64,000 bases of DNA from Fidelibacterota bacterium (GCA_043822705.1 JBDRBK010000060.1:26529-90528), one strand, 5' to 3'; shown: positions 9,272 to 19,485, counted from the first letter of the stretch. Numbers and translations are program-made. Notes: generated by a model not told the origin, from the letters alone.

Positions 9272-12262
9272 TCAGTCGCGGTCTTCCCAGGCCGGGCAGA
9301 GCAGTTCCTTATAGTCGCACCAGTCGCAGTGCATCCCTTTTTCGGGGTCGAAGCGGCGCTGGTTGATACCACCCACGACTTCCCGGATTTTATTCAGGAA
9401 TTCATCCAGTTCGGCAACGCTGAAACGATGGGAAAATTCCGGTTCTGCCTGGCGCAGGAATAACAGCGAAGCTTTCTCCGGCAGGCCCCCCGGTTCCCGG
9501 TCGCTTTGCCGGGCCAGGAACAAGCAGTAGACCGCTAACTGCAGGCTGTCCTTCGGTTCGCTGGGTTTCTTGCTGGTTTTATAGTCGACCACCCCGATAC
9601 CGGCGCCCTCCCGGTCGATCCGGTCGATCTTGCCGCGGATTGTACAGAAATCCAAGTCGAATTTGAATTTGTATTCCGTTTCCAGAACCTGCGGCGGACT
9701 TGCCTGAAAGTAGCGGAAATAATTCTTCAGGATTTCCACGGCCTGTTCGCGGAAACTCAGCTCACGGGACTGGTAGTCGAAGCCTTCCGATTGCCAGAAG
9801 CGGTCCAGCAATTCCAGCAGTTGCACTTCGGTGCCGTCGCCCTCGCGGTGGAAATGCTCCAGCACCTGGTGGATGATATTGCCGAAGGTGAGTTGCGGCT
9901 TGCTGGCAGTCTCGGGCACGTTGTCGATATAACCGAGGCGGTATTTGAGCGGGCAGGCGGCGTAGGTCTCGATGGCGCTGGCGGAAAGGACCGGATGGGC
10001 CGGCACCTCCGGCAGTGGCTGGCCGGCCAGTTTTCCCTGCAACTCACGTTCCCAGTCGGTCGAGCCCCAGGCGATTGATTCGCCGCGGGTCACGGCGGTC
10101 AGCTGTTCCAGCGCTGCGATCAGATCCCGGGCCGTGTCAAACTGATCCTGGGACAGGGCGGCGTTCAGCCGTTGTTCATAGGCGACGCGCAATTCATTGT
10201 AAACATCCTGGCCGTTGTCGGCAATTACTGGTTCCATCACGATTCTCCGGGTCAACTCGGTTGGGATTTCCTTGATAAACGGTGAGCAGCGTTTTTCCGG
10301 GGCCAGCAGGATCAGTCGTTCCCGCGCCCGCGTGATCGCCACGTAGAACAGCCGCCGTTCCTCCTGGCGGTGCAGATCTTTCGACGGCAGATCGACGGTG
10401 CCGGCGAACGGCTGCCATTCCGGCGGTGGTTCGGCCGTCAGCCGGTCCGGCCGGTAATTCAGCGGGAAACGCTGGCTCTGGTTGTAGGGCACGATCACTA
10501 CCGGGTATTCCAGTCCCTTGGCCTTGTGGACGGTCTGCACGGTGATCGCCGCCAGGTGCGCTGGCCGGGGCGGTTCCATTGCCGGGATCGCGTCGGCCCG
10601 TTGCAGTGTCGCCATGAAGCGCAGGAAGCGTTCCAGTGAATTGTCATTATAATGACGGCGGCTGAATTCCTGGGCACGGGCGATCAGATCGCCGACGTTG
10701 GTCAGGGCGATCTGGTCGGTGTATTCGTAGCGGCGGGCATAGGGGCGCAGCAGGGCCGTCGCCCGGAAGATTTCCCAGACCATTTCGCCGGCGGTTTTAC
10801 GGCGCTGTTGCAGATGCTGCCGGAGGTCGTCGATCCGGCGGATCAGGTCAATCACTGGTTGCGGCAGCTGTGCCGGGTCGTCGGCTAAATCCCGCAGCAG
10901 GCGCAGGCGGCTGGTCAGGTCACGCCGCGAATAGGCGCCGTACAGGCTCCGGGCGGCGGCGGGTCCGATCGTCCGGATCAGCAGGCGATAGAGGGCATTG
11001 TCGGCCTGGGGACCGTCGGCGACCACCTGGCACCAGGCCAGCAGGTCACGGATCACCGGCAAGTGGAAATAATCGGTCAGGAAAATGCTCACCGGCAGAT
11101 GAACCCGCTGCAATTGCCGGGCGGCTTCCCGGGCCTGGGCGCGGGTGCGACAGAGTACGGCGATATCACCGAAGGCCCGGCCCTGGGCGAGTAATTCGTC
11201 GATGATCGCCGGCAGATTGCCGTTCTGCGTGGTGGTGTCGCCGATGTACAGCAGCGGCCGGTCACCCGTCGGCCGATGCGGATTGACCAGCGTCTTGGGC
11301 TGGCGGCCGTGATTATTGGCGATCACAACGTTGGCGGCGTTCAGGATCGGCTGGACCGAGCGGTAATTCTCTACCAGGGCGATTTCACGGTAATCAGTAA
11401 AGGCCCGGTAGCGGGCCTGGAAATCCTGGATATTATAAGCACTAGCCCCCCGGAAGCTGTAAATCACCTGATCGTCGTCGCCCACAACGGTGATGCTGCC
11501 CCGGTTTTCAGCCAGTTTGCCAATGACGGCATTCAGGGCGAAATTGTTATCCTGAAATTCATCGATGATCAGATGCCGGTAGCGCTCCTGGAGTTGTACC
11601 AGGATGGCGGGATCGTCCAGCAATTGCTGGCAGAGCTGGATCATGTCACCGTAATCCACCAGGCCTTCGGCCCTTTTCCAGTCCTGGAAGATACCATACA
11701 CCCTGGTCAGGTCCTGTAACTGGGCAGCCGGTTCCTCTGATTCATCGTCACTGCCGCTGGGAACTGATTGCCGGGCGGGATCGATCAGGGCGTCGCGCAG
11801 GTGGTTGAAGAACGGCAGGAACGAATTGCTCACGGTCCGTACCGGGTCCTGTGGGAATTCCCGCGACTCGAACGGCGCCAACTCGTCGAAACGATCCAGC
11901 AGCATAAATAGGGCGTCGCCTTCCTCCATCAATACCGGCGGCCGCTCCGGTTGGAAAGCGAATTCCCGCACTACGCCGTAGCAGAAAGCATGGAAAGTGC
12001 CGACGGTCAGTTTTTCGGCGGCGGCGCCGATCTCGGCAATGATCCGGTTTTTCAGTTCATCGGCCGCTTTTTCAGTGTAGGTAATGACCAGCAGATTTTC
12101 AGGCGCCAGCGCGTAATGCTCGATCAGATGGATTATGCGCTGGATCAGGGTCGTGGTTTTACCAGTTCCGGCCCCGGCGATTATCATCAGCGGCGCCGGC
12201 GGATGGGTGATCGCCGCGGACTGGGCGGTGTTGGCGGTGAAGTCTCCCCGTGAATATGGCAT
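9272..12262 (-). CDS. UvrD/PcrA-family SF1 DNA helicase fused to a C-terminal PD-(D/E)XK nuclease with Fe-S cysteines (AdnB/AddA-like)
   Basis: Helicase motifs AGAGTGKT, TFHAFC, DEFQD, VGDDDQ, TVHKAKGLE and EERRLFYVAITRA. Nuclease motifs SAIETYAACP, GKIDRID..VDYKT and CDWCDYKELLCP. Confidence 0.9.
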   Translation of the reverse strand: MPYSRGDFTANTAQSAAITHPPAPLMIIAGAGTGKTTTLIQRIIHLIEHYALAPENLLVITYTEKAADELKNRIIAEIGAAAEKLTVGTFHAFCYGVVREFAFQPERPPVLMEEGDALFMLLDRFDELAPFESREFPQDPVRTVSNSFLPFFNHLRDALIDPARQSVPSGSDDESEEPAAQLQDLTRVYGIFQDWKRAEGLVDYGDMIQLCQQLLDDPAILVQLQERYRHLIIDEFQDNNFALNAVIGKLAENRGSITVVGDDDQVIYSFRGASAYNIQDFQARYRAFTDYREIALVENYRSVQPILNAANVVIANNHGRQPKTLVNPHRPTGDRPLLYIGDTTTQNGNLPAIIDELLAQGRAFGDIAVLCRTRAQAREAARQLQRVHLPVSIFLTDYFHLPVIRDLLAWCQVVADGPQADNALYRLLIRTIGPAAARSLYGAYSRRDLTSRLRLLRDLADDPAQLPQPVIDLIRRIDDLRQHLQQRRKTAGEMVWEIFRATALLRPYARRYEYTDQIALTNVGDLIARAQEFSRRHYNDNSLERFLRFMATLQRADAIPAMEPPRPAHLAAITVQTVHKAKGLEYPVVIVPYNQSQRFPLNYRPDRLTAEPPPEWQPFAGTVDLPSKDLHRQEERRLFYVAITRARERLILLAPEKRCSPFIKEIPTELTRRIVMEPVIADNGQDVYNELRVAYEQRLNAALSQDQFDTARDLIAALEQLTAVTRGESIAWGSTDWERELQGKLAGQPLPEVPAHPVLSASAIETYAACPLKYRLGYIDNVPETASKPQLTFGNIIHQVLEHFHREGDGTEVQLLELLDRFWQSEGFDYQSRELSFREQAVEILKNYFRYFQASPPQVLETEYKFKFDLDFCTIRGKIDRIDREGAGIGVVDYKTSKKPSEPKDSLQLAVYCLFLARQSDREPGGLPEKASLLFLRQAEPEFSHRFSVAELDEFLNKIREVVGGINQRRFDPEKGMHCDWCDYKELLCPAWEDRD

Positions 12263-12422
12263 GGGTGAAATTAAGTCGGCGCGCCGCAAACGGGGAACTG
12301 TAAAAGTTGACTGGTTCAGTGCGATGCTTAATATAGGACGGCTGGGAAGGAAGGGACGTCGAAGGTCAGGTTATCCAGAGATTTGGCGTTTCCGCTCTTA
12401 GCTCTTTGCTTGGGTAGCCCCC

Positions 12423-12800
12423 TCAACCAAGCCAGTCCAGGGCGGCCGCTTCTTCCGTGAAGCGCTGGCAGTTGTAGCCGGCATTCAGAAATACCGTCTC
12501 GATGAAATTATGGGAAATATCGTCGGGAGCGGTCAGGATTGCTACCCGGGTGGTCTTGTCCAGATCTAAAATCTTCATGTCGGAATAGGCGAAGTTATAT
12601 AATTCAGCAAAGGAGGCCTGATTAAATACCCGGGTGACATCGACCAGGTATCTGGTCAGATTATTCTGCTGGGCCAGCCGGATCGCTTCCCGGGCGAACT
12701 CACGCTGGACTGTGTATGATATTGGTGTCGATACGTCGATCCGGATGATCTTCCCCCTGATAATCCCAATGACATATCCGTCATTTATTTTATCGGGCAT
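12423..12800 (-). CDS. Hypothetical protein (SpoIIAA/STAS-like)
   Basis: 125 aa ending F..EEAALDWL, a typical ending for this group. Confidence 0.55.
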   Translation of the reverse strand: MPDKINDGYVIGIIRGKIIRIDVSTPISYTVQREFAREAIRLAQQNNLTRYLVDVTRVFNQASFAELYNFAYSDMKILDLDKTTRVAILTAPDDISHNFIETVFLNAGYNCQRFTEEAAALDWLG

Positions 12801-12910
12801 CAGGTACGAGTATAACCCGCAGGAGAAATAAAAACAAGCGACTGGTTAAAATAAGCGCGACCGGTGGTTGGCGATTTCGCTCCGATCTTTCATTATCAGA
12901 AAAAAATATT

Positions 12911-12937
12911 TAACCTTTCACAGTTCCATTGGTCTAA
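12911..12937 (+). promoter_or_regulatory. Putative ECF-sigma (autoregulated) promoter
   Basis: TAACCTT ... GGTCTAA, with AAC-N17-GTC spacing, 14 nt before the sigma ATG. Confidence 0.5.
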
Positions 12938-12951
12938 TTGGACGTAATTGC

Positions 12952-13485
12952 ATGAAAACCGATCATGAAATCATTAAATCATTTCAGGCAGGCAATCGCA
13001 GCGCATTCGATGAACTGGTACGCCGTTACTTGTCGCTGGCGTTCGGTTTTTTTGCCGGTATCACCGGCGACCGGATGGCGGCCGACGATCTGGCTCAGGA
13101 AGCTTTTCTGCGCATCTACAAAAATCTGGGGAAGTTCCGGTTCGAAGCCGAATTCAGCACTTACCTCTACCGGATCAATCTCAATCTGGCCAGCAGCTAT
13201 CTCCGCCGGAACCGCTGGAGAAATTTCCTGCACCTGGACCAGGCTCCGGAACCGGTTGCTGCCGGGCCAGAGAGTGAATCCGATTGGAACCGGCGGCAAT
13301 TATGGAATGCCGTGGCGCGTCTGCCCGGCAAACAGCGGCAGGTCGTGATCATGCGGATTTCGCAAGAATTGCCGTTCCGCGATATTGACCAAATTCTGGA
13401 TATTGCCGAAGGAACAGCCAAGGTCAATTATCAACATGCCGTCCGCCGGCTGAAACAATTACTGGAAAAAGAAAATGGATTTTGA
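12952..13485 (+). CDS. ECF RNA polymerase sigma factor
   Basis: AFDELVRRY, ADDLAQEAFLRIY, FSTYLYRI, LPGKQRQV and EGTAKVNY motifs. Confidence 0.93.
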   Translation: MKTDHEIIKSFQAGNRSAFDELVRRYLSLAFGFFAGITGDRMAADDLAQEAFLRIYKNLGKFRFEAEFSTYLYRINLNLASSYLRRNRWRNFLHLDQAPEPVAAGPESESDWNRRQLWNAVARLPGKQRQVVIMRISQELPFRDIDQILDIAEGTAKVNYQHAVRRLKQLLEKENGF

Positions 13486-13855
13486 ATCAAAATTAGCAAA
13501 ACTGTCGGCCGATCCGGTCGCGGTGCCGGACAGTGCTGATTTCATCGCCCGGCTGCATACCCGCCAGATTGAACAGGCCAATATGCGACAGAGTCGGCGC
13601 TATGGGGCAATGGCGGCGCTGTTGTTGGTCACCGTTCTCTTGATCGGCCGGTTCCAGCTCAATAACACCCTGGACCGGCTGGTTGGTCTCGACGCCGCCT
13701 ACCTGACGCAGGAGGAACGGCAGTCGTACGACCGTTTTATCGACGATGCCGCTCTGTATTTAATCAGCGAATCAGAAGATGTCTGGGCTACAGTCGAATT
13801 TTTCGGGGAAATCGACTATAAACCGGCCATCGCAACCCTGGAGCAACCATTATGA
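13475..13855 (+). CDS. Putative single-TM anti-sigma factor
   Basis: Overlaps the sigma stop codon and has one central TM helix. Confidence 0.6.
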   Translation: MDFESKLAKLSADPVAVPDSADFIARLHTRQIEQANMRQSRRYGAMAALLLVTVLLIGRFQLNNTLDRLVGLDAAYLTQEERQSYDRFIDDAALYLISESEDVWATVEFFGEIDYKPAIATLEQPL

Positions 13856-14355
13856 GGATATTTATTTTGATCATTGCAATGACCATCGCGACCGCGCAGA
13901 ATGTTCCGGTGGTCGATCCGGAGCCGAATGCCGAAAAAATGGAACTGATGGCCACCTGGCGGATGACGGAATACCTGAAATTGACCAGTGAACAGGCCCA
14001 GGTCCTGTTTCCGTTGCTGCGCGAACAACGCGAACGGACCGCCGAACTCAACCGCCAGCGGCGTGAACTGGGCAAGGATCTGTTGGATCGCGCCGAACGC
14101 GGCGAGGATATTTCCAATACGGAATTCCGGTCGATGCTGGACAAGATTTCCACGCTGGAAAAGCAGAAAATCGAATACCAGACGGAATACCTGAACAGCC
14201 TGCAAGGCAAACTGACCAACCTGCAGCGCGTCCGGCTGATGATGTTTGAGGAACGTTTTCGAAAGGAATTGCAGCAGAACATCAAGCAGCAGCGTGATGT
14301 TCTGGATCGTCACCGGCGGTCCATGGGCCCGGATATAAAGTCGCGCCGGAAATAG
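13852..14355 (+). CDS. Exported helical protein, Spy/CpxP-like
   Basis: Signal peptide and LTSEQ / LTNLQ (LTxxQ) motifs. Confidence 0.65.
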   Translation: MRIFILIIAMTIATAQNVPVVDPEPNAEKMELMATWRMTEYLKLTSEQAQVLFPLLREQRERTAELNRQRRELGKDLLDRAERGEDISNTEFRSMLDKISTLEKQKIEYQTEYLNSLQGKLTNLQRVRLMMFEERFRKELQQNIKQQRDVLDRHRRSMGPDIKSRRK

Positions 14356-14396
14356 CGGAAATAAATTATTCGTATTAATTACAGAAAGGTTTTGAA

Positions 14397-15383
14397 ATGA
14401 AAAAACTATTGATTCCGGTAGTGGCCATATTCATGCTGCTTCTGGTCGGCTGCGAGGATAGTGATACTAATACTGCCACTACCGAACAGCAGTTGTTGGC
14501 TTTACTCGACGGCGATGATATTTTCGGTTTGGATGGCCTGGACGATGGGGAGGCTATCGAAGGCGATTACGAGAGCGGACTGGAATTACCCGGCACCTAC
14601 AAGACTCTGGGCGATACGATCGACCCGGACAGCGGCCTGCGGATTCGCTTCGGCCGCCGGATAACCAGTGTCGCGCGGGAGGTCGAGTTCCGCGACACCG
14701 ACGCCGACACCGCCTATGCCACGATCACCCGTGTCGTCAACGGTAATTTTGTTATCTTCACCCGCGACACGGCCAGCGGCGATACCAGTCGCTGGATCAA
14801 GCCGTTCACCACAGATTTTATCCGCCAGGTGCGCTTTGTCCGGGTGGCTGATTCCGATACTCTGGACTGGAAAATCGATGCCCTGACCGTTGGTGTCGGA
14901 ATTACCGGCACGAAAGTCAATATTGCGCGGGTTGACTGGTTCACCGCCGATGGTACGACTGTGCTGTTTTCCTATGGCGGCGATGTAATCAATCAATTCT
15001 TTTCCCGGGACGAAATTGCTGCTTTCACGGCTTGGGAAACACTGCGGGTCGAAGTTACCGTAACCAACCAGGGACCGGAATTTCCTTTCAACAGCGGCGA
15101 AGGCGTGCTGCTGCATTATGGCAGCGGCCCGGGTGTGAAGGGCCGCAAGGCAATTAATGACAGTGGGCGTAGCGGCGATGCGGTCGCCAGTGATAATATT
15201 TTTACCGGTTACTGGCGTGTCCATGGACCCGGTTGGGATAACCGGCAGGGGCGGTGGTACCAGCACCGGGCCTTTCGCAGTTTCGTGGATGTGATTGATT
15301 TTGGATCACTATATGCGGAGGACGAAGCAATTCATTCAGTTTTTTGGGCTTTACCCTACCGCAGTATGCGTCCTGATGCTTAA
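14397..15383 (+). CDS. Hypothetical lipoprotein
   Basis: MKK signal with LVGC lipobox. Acidic, with a DSGRSGDAVASDNIFTG motif resembling choice-of-anchor X. Confidence 0.75.
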   Translation: MKKLLIPVVAIFMLLLVGCEDSDTNTATTEQQLLALLDGDDIFGLDGLDDGEAIEGDYESGLELPGTYKTLGDTIDPDSGLRIRFGRRITSVAREVEFRDTDADTAYATITRVVNGNFVIFTRDTASGDTSRWIKPFTTDFIRQVRFVRVADSDTLDWKIDALTVGVGITGTKVNIARVDWFTADGTTVLFSYGGDVINQFFSRDEIAAFTAWETLRVEVTVTNQGPEFPFNSGEGVLLHYGSGPGVKGRKAINDSGRSGDAVASDNIFTGYWRVHGPGWDNRQGRWYQHRAFRSFVDVIDFGSLYAEDEAIHSVFWALPYRSMRPDA

Positions 15384-15426
15384 ATTGCGGCCACACTGAT
15401 TTGTAAATCTGGCTGTGGAATATATT

Positions 15427-15463
15427 AAGGCGCCGCTTCATGCAAGCGGCGCCTTTCATTTTT
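15427..15463 (+). terminator. Intrinsic terminator
   Basis: AAGGCGCCGCTT-catgc-AAGCGGCGCCTT followed by a T-rich tract. Confidence 0.8.
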
Positions 15464-15622
15464 GGCCGGTCCGGCCCGTATCGACCATACACCTGCGGCA
15501 AAAATCCTTTCCCTGTAATAAGCGGATACGCCTAACTTCTTATCTTGTTTTGATTGCATTAATTAGTAATGTAAAAATCGTTAGTCGATAGATAACAGTT
15601 CCTGACAACCAAGAGGTTCACG

Positions 15623-16492
15623 ATGTACGAAATTATTGAGGCGCGATTCCTGGCCCGGGACATTAAATTATTTAAAATATATTCTCCCCCGGTCGCGAAA
15701 AAACGGAAGGCTGGCCAGTTTGTAATTATCCGCGTGTCCGAAACCGGTGAACGGATTCCGCTGACCATTGCCGATTCCGATGCCGAGCGGGGGACAGTTA
15801 CCATCATCGTCCAGGGCATCGGCAAAACCACCCGTGAGTTAAACCGCAAGCAGGCCGGCGACTTCATCGCCGACGTGGTTGGTCCGCTGGGCAGACCGTC
15901 GGAGATCGAGAATTTCGGCACGGCCGTCAGTATCGGCGGCGGCGTCGGGACGGCGATTGCCTACCCCACTGCCGTGGCCCTGAAACAGGCCGGCAACCAC
16001 GTGATTACCATTAACGGCGCCCGTTCCAAAGATATGGTCATCCTGGAAGAGGAAATGAAGGCCGTCAGCGATGAAGCCTACATTACCACCGACGATGGCA
16101 GTTACGGTTTGCATGGCTTTGTCACCACCCAGTTGCAGCAGCTGATCGATTCCGGTAAAAAAATTGATTTTGTGCTGGCGATCGGCCCGATCCCGATGAT
16201 GCGGGCGGTGGCCGATGTGACCCGGCCCCACGGTATCCACACCGTCGTCAGTCTGAATCCGATCATGGTGGATGGCACCGGCATGTGCGGCGGCTGCCGG
16301 GTGACCGTCAACAATAAGGTCAAATTTGCTTGTGTCGACGGACCCGAATTCGATGCCCACCAGGTCGATTTCACCAATCTGGTGAATCGCAACCGCGTCT
16401 ACGCCGACAAGGAAAAACAATCGCTGGAAAGCTTCGAGCACCGCTGCAACCTGGATCGACAGGCGGCCGCGCTGGCAACCGAAACCGTTTAA
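15623..16492 (+). CDS. nfnA: Electron-bifurcating transhydrogenase small subunit (NfnA/SudB-like, FAD and [2Fe-2S])
   Basis: ERIPLTIAD, GPLG, GGGVG and MVDGTGMCGGCRV...CVDGPEFD motifs. Confidence 0.88.
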   Translation: MYEIIEARFLARDIKLFKIYSPPVAKKRKAGQFVIIRVSETGERIPLTIADSDAERGTVTIIVQGIGKTTRELNRKQAGDFIADVVGPLGRPSEIENFGTAVSIGGGVGTAIAYPTAVALKQAGNHVITINGARSKDMVILEEEMKAVSDEAYITTDDGSYGLHGFVTTQLQQLIDSGKKIDFVLAIGPIPMMRAVADVTRPHGIHTVVSLNPIMVDGTGMCGGCRVTVNNKVKFACVDGPEFDAHQVDFTNLVNRNRVYADKEKQSLESFEHRCNLDRQAAALATETV

Positions 16493-16514
16493 TTATTGAC
16501 AATACGAGATTATA

Positions 16515-17945
16515 ATGGCTGAATTTCTCCCTGTAAAAGAACGGACTAAAATTCCGCGTCAGAATATGCCCGAACAGGATGCGCTGGCACGTAGTCAAAA
16601 TTTTGAAGAAGTAAACCTGGGCCTGACCCGCGAACAGGCGATCCTGGATGCCCAGCGCTGCCTGCAGTGCAAAAAGCCGACCTGCATGGAAGGCTGCCCG
16701 GTGGAAGTGGACATTTTCGAGTTTCTGCAACTGGTGGTTCAGGAGGACTTTCTGGGCGCCGCGAAGAAGATCAAGGAAGACAATGTTTTGCCGGCGATCT
16801 GTGGTCGGGTCTGTCCCCAGGAAACCCAGTGCGAAGCCCAGTGCAAGATAGCCAAGAATTTCGGCGCCGTTTCCATCGGCCGGCTGGAACGCTTCGTGGC
16901 CGATTATGAAATGGCCCAGGGTGTTTTCCCCGAGCCGCCCAAAGTCGCCAAAACCGGCAAGAAAGTGGCCATTGTCGGCAGCGGTCCCGCGGGGCTGAGC
17001 TGCGCCGGCGACCTGGTGAACATGGGTTACGACGTTACCGTTTTCGAGGCGCTGCACGAGCTGGGCGGGGTGCTGGTCTACGGCATCCCCGAATTCCGGC
17101 TGCCGAAAGAGATCGTCCGCAAGGAAGTGGACAACATGCGCAAAATGGGCGTCAAATTCGAGACCAATGTGGTCATCGGCGCCACCTATACCATCGATGA
17201 ATTAATGCAGGAAGAAGGCTTCAGCGCCGTTTTTGTCGGCGTAGGCGCGGGGCTGCCATGGTTCATGAATATTCCCGGCGAAAACCTGGCGGGGGTCTAT
17301 TCCGCTAATGAATTTTTGACCCGCGTCAATCTGATGAAAGCCTATAAATTCCCGGATTACGATTCGCCGATCCTGGATTGCGCCGGCCGTAATGTGGCCG
17401 TATTCGGTGGCGGTAACGTGGCCATGGATGCGGTCCGCACCGCCAAACGGCTGGGCGCCAAATCGGCCTCGATCTATTATCGCCGCTCGGAAGCGGAAAT
17501 GCCGGCCCGCACCGAAGAAATTCACCACGCCAAGGATGAGGGCGTCATATTCGAAATTTTGACCACACCGATCGAACTGATCGGTGATGACCAGCAGCGC
17601 CTGCATTCGATGAAATGCCTGCGGATGGAATTGGGCGAGCCCGATGCTTCCGGCCGCCGCCGCCCGGTACCAATCGAAGGTTCGGAATACGCCGTGCCGG
17701 TGGATATTGCCATCGTTTCGATCGGCAACGGCTCCAATCCGCTGATCAGTCAGACCACCCCGGATATCAAGACCAACAAATGGGGCGACATCATCGCTGA
17801 TGAAGATTCCATGAAGACCACCAAAACAGGCGTATTCGCCGGCGGCGATATCGTCACCGGTGGCGCCACGGTGATCCTGGCCATGGGCGCCGGCCGCAAA
17901 GCCGCCCGCGGGATTCATGAATACCTGACCAGCGAGAACTGGTGA
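16515..17945 (+). CDS. nfnB: Transhydrogenase large subunit (NfnB/SudA-like, glutamate synthase beta-like)
   Basis: RCLQCKKPTCMEGCP, CGRVCPQETQCE, GSGPAGL and GGGNVAMD motifs. Directly follows nfnA. Confidence 0.87.
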   Translation: MAEFLPVKERTKIPRQNMPEQDALARSQNFEEVNLGLTREQAILDAQRCLQCKKPTCMEGCPVEVDIFEFLQLVVQEDFLGAAKKIKEDNVLPAICGRVCPQETQCEAQCKIAKNFGAVSIGRLERFVADYEMAQGVFPEPPKVAKTGKKVAIVGSGPAGLSCAGDLVNMGYDVTVFEALHELGGVLVYGIPEFRLPKEIVRKEVDNMRKMGVKFETNVVIGATYTIDELMQEEGFSAVFVGVGAGLPWFMNIPGENLAGVYSANEFLTRVNLMKAYKFPDYDSPILDCAGRNVAVFGGGNVAMDAVRTAKRLGAKSASIYYRRSEAEMPARTEEIHHAKDEGVIFEILTTPIELIGDDQQRLHSMKCLRMELGEPDASGRRRPVPIEGSEYAVPVDIAIVSIGNGSNPLISQTTPDIKTNKWGDIIADEDSMKTTKTGVFAGGDIVTGGATVILAMGAGRKAARGIHEYLTSENW

Positions 17946-17979
17946 TCAGAAGTCATTAGTAGTCATTGATTGTTATTTG

Positions 17980-18008
17980 AAAAAGTCCGTTGGTTGGCGG
18001 ACTTTTTT
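17980..18008 (+). terminator. Intrinsic terminator
   Basis: AAAAAGTCCG-ttggttgg-CGGACTTTTTT. Confidence 0.85.
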
Positions 18009-18045
18009 GTTTATATAAGTAACCTGGAAGGTTACAGTACTAATT

Positions 18046-18149
18046 ATTCCCCTCTGAAGAGGGGGACCTCACACAGTGAGCAGGGGTGTGTGAAAATACT
18101 ACAAAACCCACCCCGTCCCTGCGGGACACCCCTCCTGTGAAGGGGGATT
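18046..18149. repeat. REP-like palindromic extragenic element
   Basis: TCCCCTCT..AGAGGGGGA hairpin, GGGGTG...CACCCC, GTCCC-tgc-GGGAC and a second CCCCTCC...GGGGGA hairpin, between convergent genes. Confidence 0.6.
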
Positions 18150-18286
18150 ATCGGGCTTGCGTTTCGAATTAGAATGTTTTTCATCAGTTTTTGTCATTTG
18201 TATAATCTAAACAGTAACACCACAAGCTGGCCTGGGCCTTGTTGCCTTGGTGGAGACGAGGGCGGAAACCTATCCCGGTCACTCGT

Positions 18287-19138
18287 TCATTTAACTAACG
18301 CTTTCCTCTTTCGCAATTGGCGCAAACCAATCCCGGTCGCTAAGAAGAGTAGGATACTGATGAGTCCGTTAACCGGTGAAATCAGCCAGTCCGTACCCGG
18401 TATGATCTGAATATGACGTTCCGTAAAAAGCTGGTTGAGAAAGGCATCCTCCACCGTATGCATCAAAACTGCCGGCCAGATTGAATTAGTTAACAGGCGG
18501 ATCTCTCCATATACAATTCCCCATACAATCATTACTACGATTGATAGGGGAATAAAGATTGCCAGTTTCAATACGGTAAAGTTTTGGAGAATGGCTGGAT
18601 CCAAATAAAACAAATAGTATGGAATATGCCAGGCTCCCCAAACGAATCCAACGATCAAATGGCCGATATAATCATTCATGCGCAGGGAGTAGACCTTGGG
18701 GGCGAGGTATCCACGCCAAGCAGCCTCTTCAAAAATATTCTTAATGAATTGCGAGAGCATGCCCAAAGCGAAAGTCTGCAGGATCAGCCAAAGTGTGTTC
18801 TGGGAGAAATTGGGAAATGAAATCAGGCCTGAACCTCGACCGATTATCAGGACAATTATTGTTAGCAGGGGATACACAAGCAGGGCGATGATGTACCACG
18901 GCAGATTCCCCTTAAAATTTGGTTTGATTCCAAAGTCTTTCCAGCCATCACCGGCAAACGACCTTAGTAATACTGAGACCAGAAGTGGCGTGATTAGCCA
19001 CAGGAGCATTCCCAGACTTTCCGAAGAAGGATTACCCATCAGTATATCCAATCCTCGCCCAATCCAGCCAATCGCCAGCACGGCGATAATGAAAATCGCC
19101 AGGTTGCGAATCGTAGTCTTATTATTGGGGAAACTCAT
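18287..19138 (-). CDS. CPBP (CAAX protease/Abi) intramembrane metalloprotease
   Basis: FEEAAWRGYL, WGAWH and SIWPAVLMH motifs. Lower GC than neighbours. Confidence 0.9.
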   Translation of the reverse strand: MSFPNNKTTIRNLAIFIIAVLAIGWIGRGLDILMGNPSSESLGMLLWLITPLLVSVLLRSFAGDGWKDFGIKPNFKGNLPWYIIALLVYPLLTIIVLIIGRGSGLISFPNFSQNTLWLILQTFALGMLSQFIKNIFEEAAWRGYLAPKVYSLRMNDYIGHLIVGFVWGAWHIPYYLFYLDPAILQNFTVLKLAIFIPLSIVVMIVWGIVYGEIRLLTNSIWPAVLMHTVEDAFLNQLFTERHIQIIPGTDWLISPVNGLISILLFLATGIGLRQLRKRKALVK

Positions 19139-19485
19139 TATTTATGACTCCTTTAAGATTGAATAATAATTATCTGAGGTAAATTATCTGACCTGGATAG
19201 GGTTTTTGTACAAGGAATTAAGGTGATAACATTTGGCATATTAAAATATCGTATCACCCTGGACAGGGAAAATTAAACAGCTGATTTCAGCAATTCAAAT
19301 GGAATGTTAGCTATGATTGATAATGGTCTACTCTTTGATATTATTTCCGTTAATAATTTTCCACCCAAATATTAAAGCGCCAAATCATCTGGTAACCATC
19401 ATCGATGGCCGAAAGGATACCTTCCCGGTCACACAATTTCGTTTTCTGATATCAAACCGGGTTTGGTAAGCTACTGCGCTCCTTT

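Noticed and set aside
15575..15600. Rex operator upstream of nfnA
   Set aside because: The GTTA...TAAC spacing does not fit the 18-bp Rex consensus.
16515..17945. Glutamate synthase small subunit gltD
   Set aside because: There is no gltB nearby, and pairing with an NfnA-like gene indicates Nfn/Sud.
18245..18290. Group II intron 3'-end remnant (CCCGGTCACTCGTT)
   Set aside because: Only a short resemblance to domain VI. No domain V and no RT ORF.
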